Notes: generated by a model not told the origin, from the sequence alone. A DNA stretch of 64,000 nt from a virus (IMGVR_UViG_3300033990_000391:379-64378); one strand, 5' to 3'. Counted from the stretch's first letter, positions 1-10,719 are shown. Translations and numbers: made by a program.

Positions 1-1
1 C

Positions 2-349
2 AAAAGAGTGGATATACGGCAAAGGAAAAGTGTTTTTAATTCACGTCCACAATTTGCCGCAGCGATGGAACGCCTTCTCGAAAACGTACGAGCGCCGGTT
101 CAGATTGTTTCCTTCAACAACGAGGGGTATCTGGCCCGCGATGCGATGGAACAAATGATTTCCCATTTGTATGATCGAAAAGCCAGGATGACGGTTATCG
201 AAAACGATTTCAAACGGTATGTCGGCGCACAGATAGGCATTTACAATCCCCAGGGGCTAAAAGTCGGGAAGATCAGTCATGTGCGCAACAAGGAGTTTTT
301 GTATGTTGTATTGAGAGAGGACCACGTCTGTCGAGGACGAGATGCTTGA
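2..349 (+). CDS. DNA adenine methyltransferase, C-terminal part (5' end outside window)
   Basis: Frame is open from the window start; VSFNNEGY and FKRYVGAQIGIYNPQGxKVG resemble C-termini of D12-class adenine-specific MTases. The catalytic DPPY motif is not in the window. Confidence 0.65.
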   Translation, partial: KRVDIRQRKSVFNSRPQFAAAMERLLENVRAPVQIVSFNNEGYLARDAMEQMISHLYDRKARMTVIENDFKRYVGAQIGIYNPQGLKVGKISHVRNKEFLYVVLREDHVCRGRDA

Positions 350-374
350 CAATGTTCAATTTCAGTTGTATAAT
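346..374 (+). promoter_or_regulatory. sigma70-type promoter for the helicase operon
   Basis: TTGACA (346-351), 17 bp spacer, TATAAT (369-374); GGAG RBS before ATG at 400. Confidence 0.85.
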
Positions 375-399
375 TTTCTGGGATTCGCGGAGACAATCC

Positions 400-1881
400 A
401 TGAGAAATGCCTCACTTTTCAAGACTTTGCCACTTGACCAATTGCCCGAGGTTGAGGATACTGATCCATCCCGTCCATTGATGGATCATCAAAAACGGTG
501 CATCGCAGCCGCCATTGAACGGGGAACGCTTTATTTGCGTGGGGGTACTGGGATCGGGAAGACCCGGATTGCGTTGGAGGTCATCAGAAGAGAAAAGGAG
601 GCGGGGAGACTCCGTCGTGCCTTGGTATTTACTCCGAGCGAAATGTTGAGTTCACAATGGGGGGATCAGGCACGATTGTTCACGCCGTCCCTGACCGTAG
701 TGGAAGTTCATGGACTTCGCGCGGAACGCCAAGCATGTCTGATGCAAAAGGCCGATGTCTATTTGCTCCATTACCCCGGAGTACTTTCTATTTTTTATCG
801 ACACCCGCGCATCAAAGGCGGAACCCGTGCGAATCTGATAACTTCCCTGTTCGATGAAAACTGGACGCATTTTGATGCTATTATATTTGATGAATGTCAC
901 TGTTTGGGCAATCCCCGAACCTATGCATGGCTGGTGGCATTTCATTTGATTCGCTATGCGAGATTGAAAATAGCCATGACTGGCACACCTTTCGGTAAAA
1001 ATCCGATTCTGCTCTGGGCACAGCTTTATTTGCTGGATTACGGACGGACGTTGGGAAAGCGTCTGAAAGAATATCGGGAACGATTTTTTGTACCTATCCG
1101 AAACCGGTTTTCTCCAATTCCTCTTTGGGAGTTCAGAAAACGCAAAACGGGAGAATTGAGAACTTTGCTCGATCCAACGGTGATTGATTACGAACCGGAC
1201 GAATGTCTGGATCTCCCGGAACGGACGTTCATACGGGTTCCGATTCAGTTTACCGATTCGGTACGTAATTTCTATCGTGAAGTATGTGCGCGGATTCAGA
1301 CGGAGGCTCGGCTGGGAGAAGGAGAGATACAGGCCAATTTCACTTTGCGCAGACAAATTACGGCAGGTTTTGTTCGAGTTAGAAAGGGAGATTCCTTCCG
1401 CGATCAGGATATGAAAAACCCCCCTAAACTCATGGGACTTATGGACTTGTTGGAGGAAATACCCCCGGACAAAAAAACCATTGTTTTTCATGAATATGTT
1501 CATTCGGGAGAGTTGATTGAACGTGAATTGACGCGACGCAAGATTTCTCATCTTTCATTGCGGGGGGAAACCCACTATAAACCTGAGCAAGTAAGACGAT
1601 TCACCGAGGAGGACATAAGAATTTTGGTGGCGAATGCTGCTACAGGTGGAGTGGGATTGAATTTGCAGGCGGCCAACTATATCATCTATTATGAGAGTCC
1701 GGTGTCGGTCATTGTGCGTGCACAATCCGAAGGACGGATCTATCGTATGGGACAAAATCTCAAAACATTTTTTTATGATCTCTACATAGCCGACAGTGTG
1801 GACGAACAGATTCTGGATTCCGTCAAGGAAGGGAAAGATCTCATGAAAGAGCTTTTTCAACATCCCGAGCGTATGCAATGA
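400..1881 (+). CDS. SNF2-family (SF2) helicase/ATPase
   Basis: GTGIGKT Walker A, DECH, MTGTP, GGVGLNLQAAN, QSEGRIYRMGQ. Start moved to the RBS-supported ATG at 400. Confidence 0.92.
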   Translation: MRNASLFKTLPLDQLPEVEDTDPSRPLMDHQKRCIAAAIERGTLYLRGGTGIGKTRIALEVIRREKEAGRLRRALVFTPSEMLSSQWGDQARLFTPSLTVVEVHGLRAERQACLMQKADVYLLHYPGVLSIFYRHPRIKGGTRANLITSLFDENWTHFDAIIFDECHCLGNPRTYAWLVAFHLIRYARLKIAMTGTPFGKNPILLWAQLYLLDYGRTLGKRLKEYRERFFVPIRNRFSPIPLWEFRKRKTGELRTLLDPTVIDYEPDECLDLPERTFIRVPIQFTDSVRNFYREVCARIQTEARLGEGEIQANFTLRRQITAGFVRVRKGDSFRDQDMKNPPKLMGLMDLLEEIPPDKKTIVFHEYVHSGELIERELTRRKISHLSLRGETHYKPEQVRRFTEEDIRILVANAATGGVGLNLQAANYIIYYESPVSVIVRAQSEGRIYRMGQNLKTFFYDLYIADSVDEQILDSVKEGKDLMKELFQHPERMQ

Positions 1882-2786
1882 GTTCTTGGACGGAATTATT
1901 GGATGCCCATAATATCCCCCATTATGGGCAACATCACAGCAAGATGAGAAACGCCGAATGTGTGGTGGCCTGTCCTTTGTGCGGAGATGATCCTTCCGCA
2001 CATCTTAATTTATTCCCTGACGGGAGCTGGTATTGTTTGCGGAACGCCGAACATAACGGCAGAACGGCGCGTTTCATTTTGCACTCGATGGGAATATCTT
2101 CTTCCATTGCATTTTTCCCCGTAAACACACAAAAAAGAGAAAAAAAACAGATATTTATCAAACATCTCCAAATGCCGGGGGAATTCAAAAGATTGAGATT
2201 TGAATGTGCTGAAGATCCTTTTGTCGAATATCTGGTGGGAAGGGGTTTCGATTTGGAAGTTTTATCGTATTTGACGGAGCAGTATGATCTGAAAGTGGCC
2301 TTTTCGGGAAAATACGCCTTTCGGATCATTTTTCCCGTATATTGTGCAAACCAACTGGTTTCATGGACCTCGCGGACAATCGGGAATCATCCGATTCGCT
2401 ATCGATCACTGAGTGTGCGGGAGGGTGCCACGATGTCACTGACGGATGTCTTGTTCACCCCTCGAAATTATGAAAGGAATTCCATTAAAAAAATTATTTT
2501 GATGGAGGGGCCCCTCGATGCCATGAAACTCAATGCGTGCCGAAACCCGGAATTATTGGGAATTTCGTTGTTAGGAAAACGTCTTTCTCAGGCTCAATTG
2601 ATGCAACTCATAAGATTTAGATGTCCGGTGATTCTGGCATTGGATGCGGATGCGGTGCGGGATGCAGAAAAAATGCGGGATAGGATTGCTTCTCAGGGGA
2701 TTGATGTGCGGGTTGAAAAAATACCCCATGAACTTAAAGATGTAGCCAACATGACGAAAGAGGAAATCAAATGTCGATTCGCGTGA
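1878..2786 (+). CDS. DNA primase (Zn finger + TOPRIM)
   Basis: N-terminal CPLC...H...C; TOPRIM motifs EGPLD and ALDAD; KDV near the C-terminus. Confidence 0.85.
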   Translation: MSSWTELLDAHNIPHYGQHHSKMRNAECVVACPLCGDDPSAHLNLFPDGSWYCLRNAEHNGRTARFILHSMGISSSIAFFPVNTQKREKKQIFIKHLQMPGEFKRLRFECAEDPFVEYLVGRGFDLEVLSYLTEQYDLKVAFSGKYAFRIIFPVYCANQLVSWTSRTIGNHPIRYRSLSVREGATMSLTDVLFTPRNYERNSIKKIILMEGPLDAMKLNACRNPELLGISLLGKRLSQAQLMQLIRFRCPVILALDADAVRDAEKMRDRIASQGIDVRVEKIPHELKDVANMTKEEIKCRFA

Positions 2787-4912
2787 AAGTAATTGGGGCG
2801 GCCCCCCAAACTATTTCCGGAGTAGAGATTTGCGAAGAATCTCCGGATGCTATTTTTGCTTTTGGAGAAGATCCCCTTCTTGAATTTTTTAATGTGTCTG
2901 GAATTGGGGGTTGGCACGGACATCGTTTTCCGGTGATTTATGCTGGAAAACAGGTTTGGGGATTTGCCTTTTTACCCGAACCTGTTACTCAATCCCTTCC
3001 GTTTGACTGGGTTCGTATTGCACAACTGGATCTTGAGCGAGCCGTCTCTTTTCTTTCCGGACAGCATTCTGATCCTGTTGTTTGGAATGAGGGCATGTTA
3101 AAGGCTCCTCTTATGATTGCCCCTGAAAATCTGGTCGTCCAATTGAACCGAATGGACAACGGGGAAGATGCAATTACGTCCATTGATATTGAAACTAAGG
3201 GTCTGGATCCGTTTGCAGAAGGAGCGGAGATTATTTCGGTTGCTCTGGCACAGGGAGGTCCTGCGCCCCGTGTCCTTTCATTTTTCCTGACCCCTGAAAA
3301 TAAAAGATATTTTGAAGTCTGGTTGGAAACGTATGCTGGAAGTTTTTTGGCTCATAACGCATTGTTCGAGATTGTGTGGATGGCAAAGTTTTTTGGTCTT
3401 AACATTTTTCGCAGGGATTGGCACGACACATTAATAGAAGCCTATCATCTGAATGCCCGGATCAGTCGTCCCGAAGGAAGACATGTTATCTATGCATCTG
3501 CGAAACATCAGGGTAAACTTTCTACCATTACACAACACCGTCTTGGAATAGACGTTAAATCCCTTTCCCAGATTAGTTTTGATAGTCCGTTGGACAGTTT
3601 ATTCATTCAAAATGAGCGTGATTTCCTGGTATATAACGCATTGGATGCCTATGCCACTCTTTTGGTACACCAACTGCAAATTGTCGAAGTTGATAAAACA
3701 GTTTTGGACATGCAGGAGAGAAACCTGACTTGGGTGGCTTATATGCATTATCGGGGATTGCCGGTTGATGATGTCCGATTGCAGGATTTGGTTGAAGGAA
3801 TGACCAGCCAATTGGCATCCTATAAAAAAGAATGGAGTGATTTGCATATTGATCCCGGTTCCTATGCTCAAGTGAAAAAATACTTTGCCATTCAAGGACT
3901 GTTCATTGAGAGTACGGGAAAAGAGACGTTGGAGAAAGTGAATCATCCAGTTGCAAAAAGAATTCTGAACTACCGTGAATTTAATAAGTTGTTGACAACC
4001 TATGTTCTTCCCCTGACAAAACGAGTGACTGGTGCCCCAATTCATCCATCCTATCGGTTGACGGGAACCATTACGGGTCGAATGTCTTCAGAAAAACCCA
4101 ATATCCAGAACTGGCCCAAACGTAAAGATCATTCCGTGCGCACCGTGGTACGGGATCCGTGTAAAACAATTGTGGCGTGTGATTACAAACAACTCGAAGC
4201 GCGCACGTTGGCTATGTATTGTAAAGATCCAGTTTTGATAGAAAAAATAAGGCTTGGTCAGGACATTCACATGGAAGCCGTTCAGCGTTTGATTGAAGCC
4301 TTTCCGGGTCGCATGGTTCCTCAAGAACCGAAACCGGAGGACATTAAAAAGTTTCGTCAAACAATCAAATCACAATGGACTTTTCCGTTATTTTATGGGG
4401 CGGGTATTCCCAGGTTGATGGAGGTTTTGGGATTCAACATGGGCCGAAATGATGATCGTACAGCCGAGCAAAAACGCACGCTTAAAAAAATACAAGATTT
4501 GGTTTATGCTTTCAAAGACCAATATCGAAGGGTGTGGTATTGGCACGAAGAACTGAAACAGGAATTGGAAATGACGGGAGGAGTGAGAACGCTCACCGGA
4601 CGATTTATTCCCGGTCCTTTTGCCCATACTGAACTGACCAACTATCCCAATCAGGGTTTGGGATTTGATTTGGTTGGTATTGCCGCTCGGAGGTTGTTCG
4701 AGCGGGCCCTTTCCGAAGACGACCCGGATTGGGCTCCCCGCATCTGTATTCATGACGATCTGACTTTTTTTATAGACCCCGAAAAAGTAGAGTCTTTTAT
4801 ACCGGAAATTGTTAAATTGATGACTAATTTTTCCTTTGATTTCATCAACGTACCCCTTGAAGTGTCGGTTTCCACTGGATCTTCTTGGGGGGCACTTGAG
4901 GAACGGTCTTGA
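2771..4912 (+). CDS. Family A DNA polymerase with 3'-5' exonuclease
   Basis: Exo motifs DIET, HNALFE, YNALDA; TGRMSS..PNIQN; motif A DYKQLEAR; motif B RQTIK...FYG; motif C IHDD. Confidence 0.95.
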   Translation: MSIRVKVIGAAPQTISGVEICEESPDAIFAFGEDPLLEFFNVSGIGGWHGHRFPVIYAGKQVWGFAFLPEPVTQSLPFDWVRIAQLDLERAVSFLSGQHSDPVVWNEGMLKAPLMIAPENLVVQLNRMDNGEDAITSIDIETKGLDPFAEGAEIISVALAQGGPAPRVLSFFLTPENKRYFEVWLETYAGSFLAHNALFEIVWMAKFFGLNIFRRDWHDTLIEAYHLNARISRPEGRHVIYASAKHQGKLSTITQHRLGIDVKSLSQISFDSPLDSLFIQNERDFLVYNALDAYATLLVHQLQIVEVDKTVLDMQERNLTWVAYMHYRGLPVDDVRLQDLVEGMTSQLASYKKEWSDLHIDPGSYAQVKKYFAIQGLFIESTGKETLEKVNHPVAKRILNYREFNKLLTTYVLPLTKRVTGAPIHPSYRLTGTITGRMSSEKPNIQNWPKRKDHSVRTVVRDPCKTIVACDYKQLEARTLAMYCKDPVLIEKIRLGQDIHMEAVQRLIEAFPGRMVPQEPKPEDIKKFRQTIKSQWTFPLFYGAGIPRLMEVLGFNMGRNDDRTAEQKRTLKKIQDLVYAFKDQYRRVWYWHEELKQELEMTGGVRTLTGRFIPGPFAHTELTNYPNQGLGFDLVGIAARRLFERALSEDDPDWAPRICIHDDLTFFIDPEKVESFIPEIVKLMTNFSFDFINVPLEVSVSTGSSWGALEERS

Positions 4913-4937
4913 CAAACTTCTGTAGAACGATTATAAT
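4909..4937 (+). promoter_or_regulatory. sigma70-type promoter for the recombination operon
   Basis: TTGACA (4909-4914), 17 bp spacer, TATAAT (4932-4937). Confidence 0.85.
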
Positions 4938-4963
4938 TAACCTTTGTTTTAGCATTTACCCGG

Positions 4964-5425
4964 ATGAAAAATCATTTTATGAACTCTATTGAAACACCCA
5001 AATCAATTCACATTGACCGGATGGCATTGGATCAAGAACTCTGCCGCCATCCGGGAGAACTGCTAAAAATCTCGGAAGAACGTACTCGACTGGACAACCA
5101 TCTCCAAAACCTAAAGCAGTCCCTGATCGAAACTAAACGTAAACACGAGTTTCTGCAAGCTCAATTACAACTTGAATATCGTACAACCTTCAACACATCC
5201 GAACGAAAAATGACTGAAGCTACCATTCAGAGTTATGTGATCAGCGACCCAAGATACCAGGATTTGCAATCCGAGTGTGCGCGACTTGAATGGGAAATTC
5301 TAGCCGCACACACTCGGGTATCTGAAACGGATAACGAACTTAATGCATTGAAAATCAAAGGACACATGTTACGAGATTTGACCGCTTTATATACCGCCAA
5401 TTATTTTTCAACTGACGCAAGGTGA
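4964..5425 (+). CDS. UvsY-like recombination mediator
   Basis: Helical coiled coil with KMTEATIQSYVISDPRY; sits before SSB and RecA. Confidence 0.55.
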   Translation: MKNHFMNSIETPKSIHIDRMALDQELCRHPGELLKISEERTRLDNHLQNLKQSLIETKRKHEFLQAQLQLEYRTTFNTSERKMTEATIQSYVISDPRYQDLQSECARLEWEILAAHTRVSETDNELNALKIKGHMLRDLTALYTANYFSTDAR

Positions 5426-6558
5426 AAATCATGACTACATCCAAAGAATTGTTAGAGTATTATCGCGGAAACTTCCATTCCGCCGACCAAAACACACTGA
5501 AACATTTGAATTCTCAAGCGCAGTATTCTCATATCAATCCTGCACTGAAGATCTGGCGACCCGGAGAAGCGGGAGATAAAAAAATCCGGTTTCTTCCGGT
5601 TACGCTTCCAACTCCCCCGGAAGGAATATCGTGGGGATTCAAGGCTTGTGTGTATTATGGTGTTTTGTCGGATCGATCTTCAGTCGCCAGTCCCACCATG
5701 TTTGATCCAGATGCAAGGGATCCTTTTGGTGAAGTTCTGGACAAGTTGATAAGACAATATCCCAAAGCAAAAGACAGTCTGTATGCGCATCGGTCGTGGC
5801 GATGGGCCACATATATCATTGATCGCAAGGTTCCCGGCGAACCTATGGCGTGGTTGTTGCCCAAACGGGTGTTTGAAGTGCTTTATTCTACCGCCAAGGA
5901 AACGGCTGAAACCGGAATGGCGTCTTTTGATGATTTGTTTGCGGGAAGGGATTTCAATCTTAAATTCGTAAAAACGGGAAGCGAAGCCCGAAATGCGTCC
6001 TATGAGGGCATGACTTTTTCGCTCGTGCAAACACCGGTTGTAAATACCGACGAAAAGATTGCTCAATTGATTACGTGGATCATGGAACATCCCATTCATG
6101 ATCAGTTTGTTCGTTTGCCCGACGATGTGACAAATTCGTTGGCTGAACGTTTTGAGAATCTTCTCAAAGCGGAAATTTTGGGTGGCGTGGAGGATTTGAG
6201 CGATCAAGACAAGGAACTTTCCGGAATCGAGAAAAATCTTGCGTCGAAAGCTTCCGCGTCATCGTTCAGGAATTATGCACCCGAAGTCCGCAATCAAAGT
6301 TTTGGACCGCCAATCGGCGGCCCCCGTGCAGCCCCGGTCTTCTCGTCTGTTCCCATGGGCGAAAGGGTAAAGTTGGATTCCCCTCCCACCGCATCCATCG
6401 AAATGTCTGCCTTTCTGGAAAAAGAAAATTTGGAAAAGATGATCAAAGAATACGGAATCAATACTGAAGGCATGTCTCCTCTTGAAATTATCCAGGTTTG
6501 TATGCAACATACCTTGCGCGATGAGGAAACCGCTGCCATGCAAGGAAAACATGCGTAA
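5422..6558 (+). CDS. gp32-like single-stranded DNA-binding protein
   Basis: KIRFLP, DP, FDDLFAGRDFNLK motifs; charged low-complexity tail; context. Confidence 0.65.
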   Translation: MKIMTTSKELLEYYRGNFHSADQNTLKHLNSQAQYSHINPALKIWRPGEAGDKKIRFLPVTLPTPPEGISWGFKACVYYGVLSDRSSVASPTMFDPDARDPFGEVLDKLIRQYPKAKDSLYAHRSWRWATYIIDRKVPGEPMAWLLPKRVFEVLYSTAKETAETGMASFDDLFAGRDFNLKFVKTGSEARNASYEGMTFSLVQTPVVNTDEKIAQLITWIMEHPIHDQFVRLPDDVTNSLAERFENLLKAEILGGVEDLSDQDKELSGIEKNLASKASASSFRNYAPEVRNQSFGPPIGGPRAAPVFSSVPMGERVKLDSPPTASIEMSAFLEKENLEKMIKEYGINTEGMSPLEIIQVCMQHTLRDEETAAMQGKHA

Positions 6559-7558
6559 GAAACGTGTATTTCCTTCTGTTGTGGTGGACATTCCACAATT
6601 ACCCCCGGTCAGTACCGAAATCTTTTATTCTTCGGGATCGACTACGTTGGATATGGCTCTTGGCTCGGGATGGGCCAAGGGCCTGATCCACAACATCTGG
6701 GGAAATGAAGCGTCCGGGAAGACCCTGTTGGCAATCTCCGCATGCAAACAGTTCAATCTTTCGTGGCCGGACGAACCGATTCTATATATTGATTCCGAGC
6801 GCCGACTGAATTGGGATTATGCGCGTACGCTCGGATTTCCGAATGGGGCTGAATTAGTGAATGACTGTTCTACAATCGAGGATTTTCATGATCGTATTGT
6901 AAAGATGGCGGAGAAAGGAGAGGGGTTCGGAGGATTAGTCGTTCTGGATTCATTGGATGCGCTGGAAGACGAAATGGAGCTAGGCCGCACCATGTCAGAA
7001 AAGGCCATGCCTGCGACCAAAGCACGCAAAATGAGTGAAGCTTTCAGAAGATTGGGAAAACCGTTACATGAATCCGGAATCACCCTTTTGATTCTCTCCC
7101 AGGTACGGGAAAATATCGGAGTGGTCTATGGAAATCAATATGTCCGGGCGGGCGGAAAAGCGCTTGATTTTTATGCTTCTCAAATCGTTTCACTCACCAT
7201 CAAAGGAAAAGAAAAATTGGTTCGCAAAGTCGGGCCGGGAAAAACTATGGAACGTGTGGTCGGAGTATCTGTAGAAGCGACTGTACGCAAAAATTCGGTT
7301 GCGCCCCCATGGCGAAAAGCCCTTTTGAAGATTTTTTATAATCGTGGACTGGACGACATCGAGTCGATTCTAGCCTTTTTCGGTACGGTTGGATACGAGA
7401 AGACAGCAAAAGATTATTTCCCAGATGGGCATTCTTCAGAGGATGATGTGAGGGCTGGAACCGAGGCCATAAAAAAAGATTTACGGGATTTATATACAGA
7501 TATTGAAACCGTGTTCATTGACAACCCGGTTTGGGTTAGGACACATCTTGAAAACTAA
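6551..7558 (+). CDS. recA: RecA/UvsX recombinase
   Basis: SSGSTTLDMALGSG, GNEASGKT, YIDSE, VVLDSLDAL, SQVRENIG, GGKALDFYAS, KNSVAPP. Confidence 0.95.
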   Translation: MRKKRVFPSVVVDIPQLPPVSTEIFYSSGSTTLDMALGSGWAKGLIHNIWGNEASGKTLLAISACKQFNLSWPDEPILYIDSERRLNWDYARTLGFPNGAELVNDCSTIEDFHDRIVKMAEKGEGFGGLVVLDSLDALEDEMELGRTMSEKAMPATKARKMSEAFRRLGKPLHESGITLLILSQVRENIGVVYGNQYVRAGGKALDFYASQIVSLTIKGKEKLVRKVGPGKTMERVVGVSVEATVRKNSVAPPWRKALLKIFYNRGLDDIESILAFFGTVGYEKTAKDYFPDGHSSEDDVRAGTEAIKKDLRDLYTDIETVFIDNPVWVRTHLEN

Positions 7559-8069
7559 ACCCGGCAGAGGAAAACAGAAGGGCACCCAGTTCGAGCGGGA
7601 TGTTTGCAAATGGTTTTCTTTGGCGATGACAAAATGTGATCGGGACGACCTGTTTTGGCGGAGTGCCATGTCTGGAGGTCGAGCGACATTGTGCGCTGAT
7701 CGGAAAAATCAACTGGGGGACATTAGCACAATAGGGCCTGAAGGATTTGCTCTAACGGATAGTTTTGTGATTGAATGTAAACGTTACCGGCAAATTGGAT
7801 TGTTGCAATTTCTGGTGTCGGAAAAGGGTCCACTATCCTGTTTTTGGGTTAGGTTATATGAACTGGCGAATAAAAACAAAAGATACCCGTTGTTAATTTT
7901 TCAGGAAGATCGACAACCTATGCTTGGCCTGGTTTCTTCTGATGGGATTGAAACATTGAATACACTCATTGGATCGGACTACACGATACTGTTACATCAT
8001 CCTGATGTACGTCCGGTTTATGATTACAGGCTTATCCGGCTAGTATCCGTGGAAGACATCAAATTTTGA
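7548..8069 (+). CDS. Holliday junction resolvase-like PD-(D/E)xK nuclease
   Basis: KGTQFER, RSAMSGG, GDI, IECKRY. Start codon uncertain. Confidence 0.8.
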   Translation: MKTKPGRGKQKGTQFERDVCKWFSLAMTKCDRDDLFWRSAMSGGRATLCADRKNQLGDISTIGPEGFALTDSFVIECKRYRQIGLLQFLVSEKGPLSCFWVRLYELANKNKRYPLLIFQEDRQPMLGLVSSDGIETLNTLIGSDYTILLHHPDVRPVYDYRLIRLVSVEDIKF

Positions 8070-9064
8070 AAATCATCTTTACGTCTGATTGGCATTTGTC
8101 AGAAGATTCAGATCAGAACTATCGTTTTGATGTTATTGAACGTCTGCTTCCGGTGGGGGCAGATAAATGGTATATTCTGGGAGATATATTCGACAAAAAG
8201 GGAAATCATTCACCCCTTTTTGTTGATAAGGTTCTTCATCAACTCAACAGAATCCCGGTTCCGGTTGTTGTGGTTGCCGGAAATCACGACGGATTCACTC
8301 CGGAAAATAATTGGTGCCGGATTTTCAGATGGTTGACAAACGTGTTGGTTGTTTGTGGACATCCACAAACCATGAAAGAGAATGGGTTTTCTGTAGGGTT
8401 TTCTGTAGATTGTTATCCTTTCGGATCTTCGTGGGATGAGTCTCCGAAAAACCCAGGGAAAATCGCCGTTTTTCACGGCATGGTTTGTGGCAGTCGCATG
8501 GAAAATGGAATGCTCTCTCCACGTGGGATCAGCCCGGAATTTTTTTCTGGCTATGATCTGGCGATTGGAGGAGATGTTCATGTTTCACAAAAGATCGGCA
8601 GAAACATTGTCTATGCGGGTGCACCGCATCATCTTCACTTTGGTGATACTTACGGTCCAAGGGTTTTGGTTATGGATACTGAAAGTGGGAATACAGAGTG
8701 GTTTGATTTACCTGTCAGACATGAAAAATGTATCGTTCGGTGGGATCCGTCTCAAGACGTTTCCCGTCTCGGATTGCCGAGGGGCAGTTTTGTGAGGGTT
8801 CGGTCCGAACACGAAATTCCCACGGAAGATCGGGAATCTATTGCGAAAGCTATTACGGAAAACGGCTGGATCATAGATTCCATTCAATGTGAACCAGAAC
8901 CGTATGTTTCAAACGAAATGATGAATGACGAAGATTCTTTTGTAGATAAAGATCCCAAGTTGGTTTTGGATCGGTTTTGTTCCCAAAACGATATTTCTGA
9001 CGAGGCCAGACAATTCATGGTTGGAGAACTTGAGGCGGAACTGTGCTCGAATTCAAAAGTCTGA
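8066..9064 (+). CDS. SbcD/Mre11-like nuclease
   Basis: SDWH, GDIFD, GNHD, GDVH, YAGAP; overlaps the SbcC-like gene. Confidence 0.9.
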   Translation: MKIIFTSDWHLSEDSDQNYRFDVIERLLPVGADKWYILGDIFDKKGNHSPLFVDKVLHQLNRIPVPVVVVAGNHDGFTPENNWCRIFRWLTNVLVVCGHPQTMKENGFSVGFSVDCYPFGSSWDESPKNPGKIAVFHGMVCGSRMENGMLSPRGISPEFFSGYDLAIGGDVHVSQKIGRNIVYAGAPHHLHFGDTYGPRVLVMDTESGNTEWFDLPVRHEKCIVRWDPSQDVSRLGLPRGSFVRVRSEHEIPTEDRESIAKAITENGWIIDSIQCEPEPYVSNEMMNDEDSFVDKDPKLVLDRFCSQNDISDEARQFMVGELEAELCSNSKV

Positions 9065-10719
9065 AAATAAATTGTTTTAAGTGTTATTCTCACGCCGAGT
9101 TTGAATTTCCAACGGTTCCTGGACTATACAGCGTAAGTGGGGAGAATCTGGACAATCCCAATATGGGAACCAACGGGATCGGAAAGTCCGCGTTGTTCGA
9201 TTCTCTGATGTGGGGATTTTTTGGATATACCGCTCAGGGTCAGCGCGGATTTCAGGTGGCCAAAACAGGGGCTGACAAAGTTTCAGTCGAAATCGGTTTT
9301 TCCAGAAACGAGATTCCCAATTTACTCAAGAGAACGTCCCGTTCCAAAGAAATGAAATTGATTTTGAACGATCAACCTGCTTCTCAGGAAGATGTAGATC
9401 GGCTGATCGGACAGGATAAGTTGGGATGGCTCAAAAGCGTTTATTTTTCTCAGGGTTCAACAGGATTTTTGGACTGGACACCTGCTGCACGTATGGAGTT
9501 CTTGCAGGGTTATCTGATGTTGGAGATTTGGGAACGGATGCGTGTACGCCTATCTGCTGGACGGGATCGTTTGAAAAACGCCATTTCCGCGACCGGTGGA
9601 GAAGAAAGCGCTCTTGATAAAGCTTATGATATTCTGGCGTCCGGCCTGTCTGAAGAAGATTGGGGGAAAAGGGCGCTGGAATTGCAGGGGGAAATGGATT
9701 TTTTGGGGGATATTCCCCCCCTGTTCCCCGACATTCGTCCGGAGTGTCCCGAACGTCCCTCCTGTGAGGAAGAAAACAAACTTCTGGGGTCATTGTCCGC
9801 ACGTATGGAAGAGCTTGAAACAGCCCTTGGTCGTTTTCGCAATTTGAAAGGTTCCCTTTGTCCCTTGTGCGGACAGTCCATTGATCAGGAAACAACCAAA
9901 AAAGAAATGGACAAACTGATTCGTAAATTGAATTTCATTCAGTTTTATGAACAAAATGTACAGAATCTGATTAAAGAGAACATGAAATTATACCATTTGA
10001 AACTAAGGGAATATCAGAAAGCTTCGGTGGAGTATAAACAACACGAACACGAATATGTGATCGCATGCGAACGACGGGAGGATCTAAAACGCCGATTAGG
10101 AGAGATCGGATACATGCGTGAACAACAAGAACAGATTAAAAACAAACTGATCAAGATCAAAGAGGAAAAAAAACGAATTAATGATGAACGTAGTCGGTTG
10201 TCGGTGTCCTTGGACCAGTATTTATTCTGGATTTCACGGATCAAGCCGATTCAGATGTCTTGCGTGGAAAATTTCCTGACGCATCTCAATTTCAGAATTG
10301 CGGGCATTTTACCGGAAATAGGAATGGAGGACTGGAAGGTTCTGTTGAAGACCACCAAAACAAAGGTCGATTCCACTGTCAAGCCAGAACTATCCGTATG
10401 GGTTGGAAACCGGGAAGTGGAAGATGTTTCTTGGGTATCCCTATCGGGAGGGGAAAAACAGAGATTGCGTCTGGCCGTCCTTTTGGCACTGGTTCCTCTG
10501 TTTGACACCTCATTCAACATCATGATATTTGACGAACCGGCAACCGGAATATCTTCCGAGGGTCTGGATCGATTGATTGAAGTTTTGGCTCGTATGGCAC
10601 AGGAACGTGGCAAGATTATTTTTCTGATTGATCACTGGTTACTGGAATCCGGACATTTCTCTGGTAGACTGTGGCTCACAAAGACACGAGATGGGACTTC
10701 CATTGAACAAAGAAATTAA
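9043..10719 (+). CDS. SbcC/Rad50-like ABC ATPase
   Basis: NGIGKS Walker A, CPLCGQ zinc hook within coiled coil, LSGGEKQR, IFDEP, DH switch. Confidence 0.92.
   Translation: MLEFKSLKINCFKCYSHAEFEFPTVPGLYSVSGENLDNPNMGTNGIGKSALFDSLMWGFFGYTAQGQRGFQVAKTGADKVSVEIGFSRNEIPNLLKRTSRSKEMKLILNDQPASQEDVDRLIGQDKLGWLKSVYFSQGSTGFLDWTPAARMEFLQGYLMLEIWERMRVRLSAGRDRLKNAISATGGEESALDKAYDILASGLSEEDWGKRALELQGEMDFLGDIPPLFPDIRPECPERPSCEEENKLLGSLSARMEELETALGRFRNLKGSLCPLCGQSIDQETTKKEMDKLIRKLNFIQFYEQNVQNLIKENMKLYHLKLREYQKASVEYKQHEHEYVIACERREDLKRRLGEIGYMREQQEQIKNKLIKIKEEKKRINDERSRLSVSLDQYLFWISRIKPIQMSCVENFLTHLNFRIAGILPEIGMEDWKVLLKTTKTKVDSTVKPELSVWVGNREVEDVSWVSLSGGEKQRLRLAVLLALVPLFDTSFNIMIFDEPATGISSEGLDRLIEVLARMAQERGKIIFLIDHWLLESGHFSGRLWLTKTRDGTSIEQRN

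Noticed and set aside
652-10613. Antisense and alternate-frame ORFs over replication genes (and similar ones over the structural genes)
   Set aside because: Shadow ORFs of well-supported genes with no motifs of their own.
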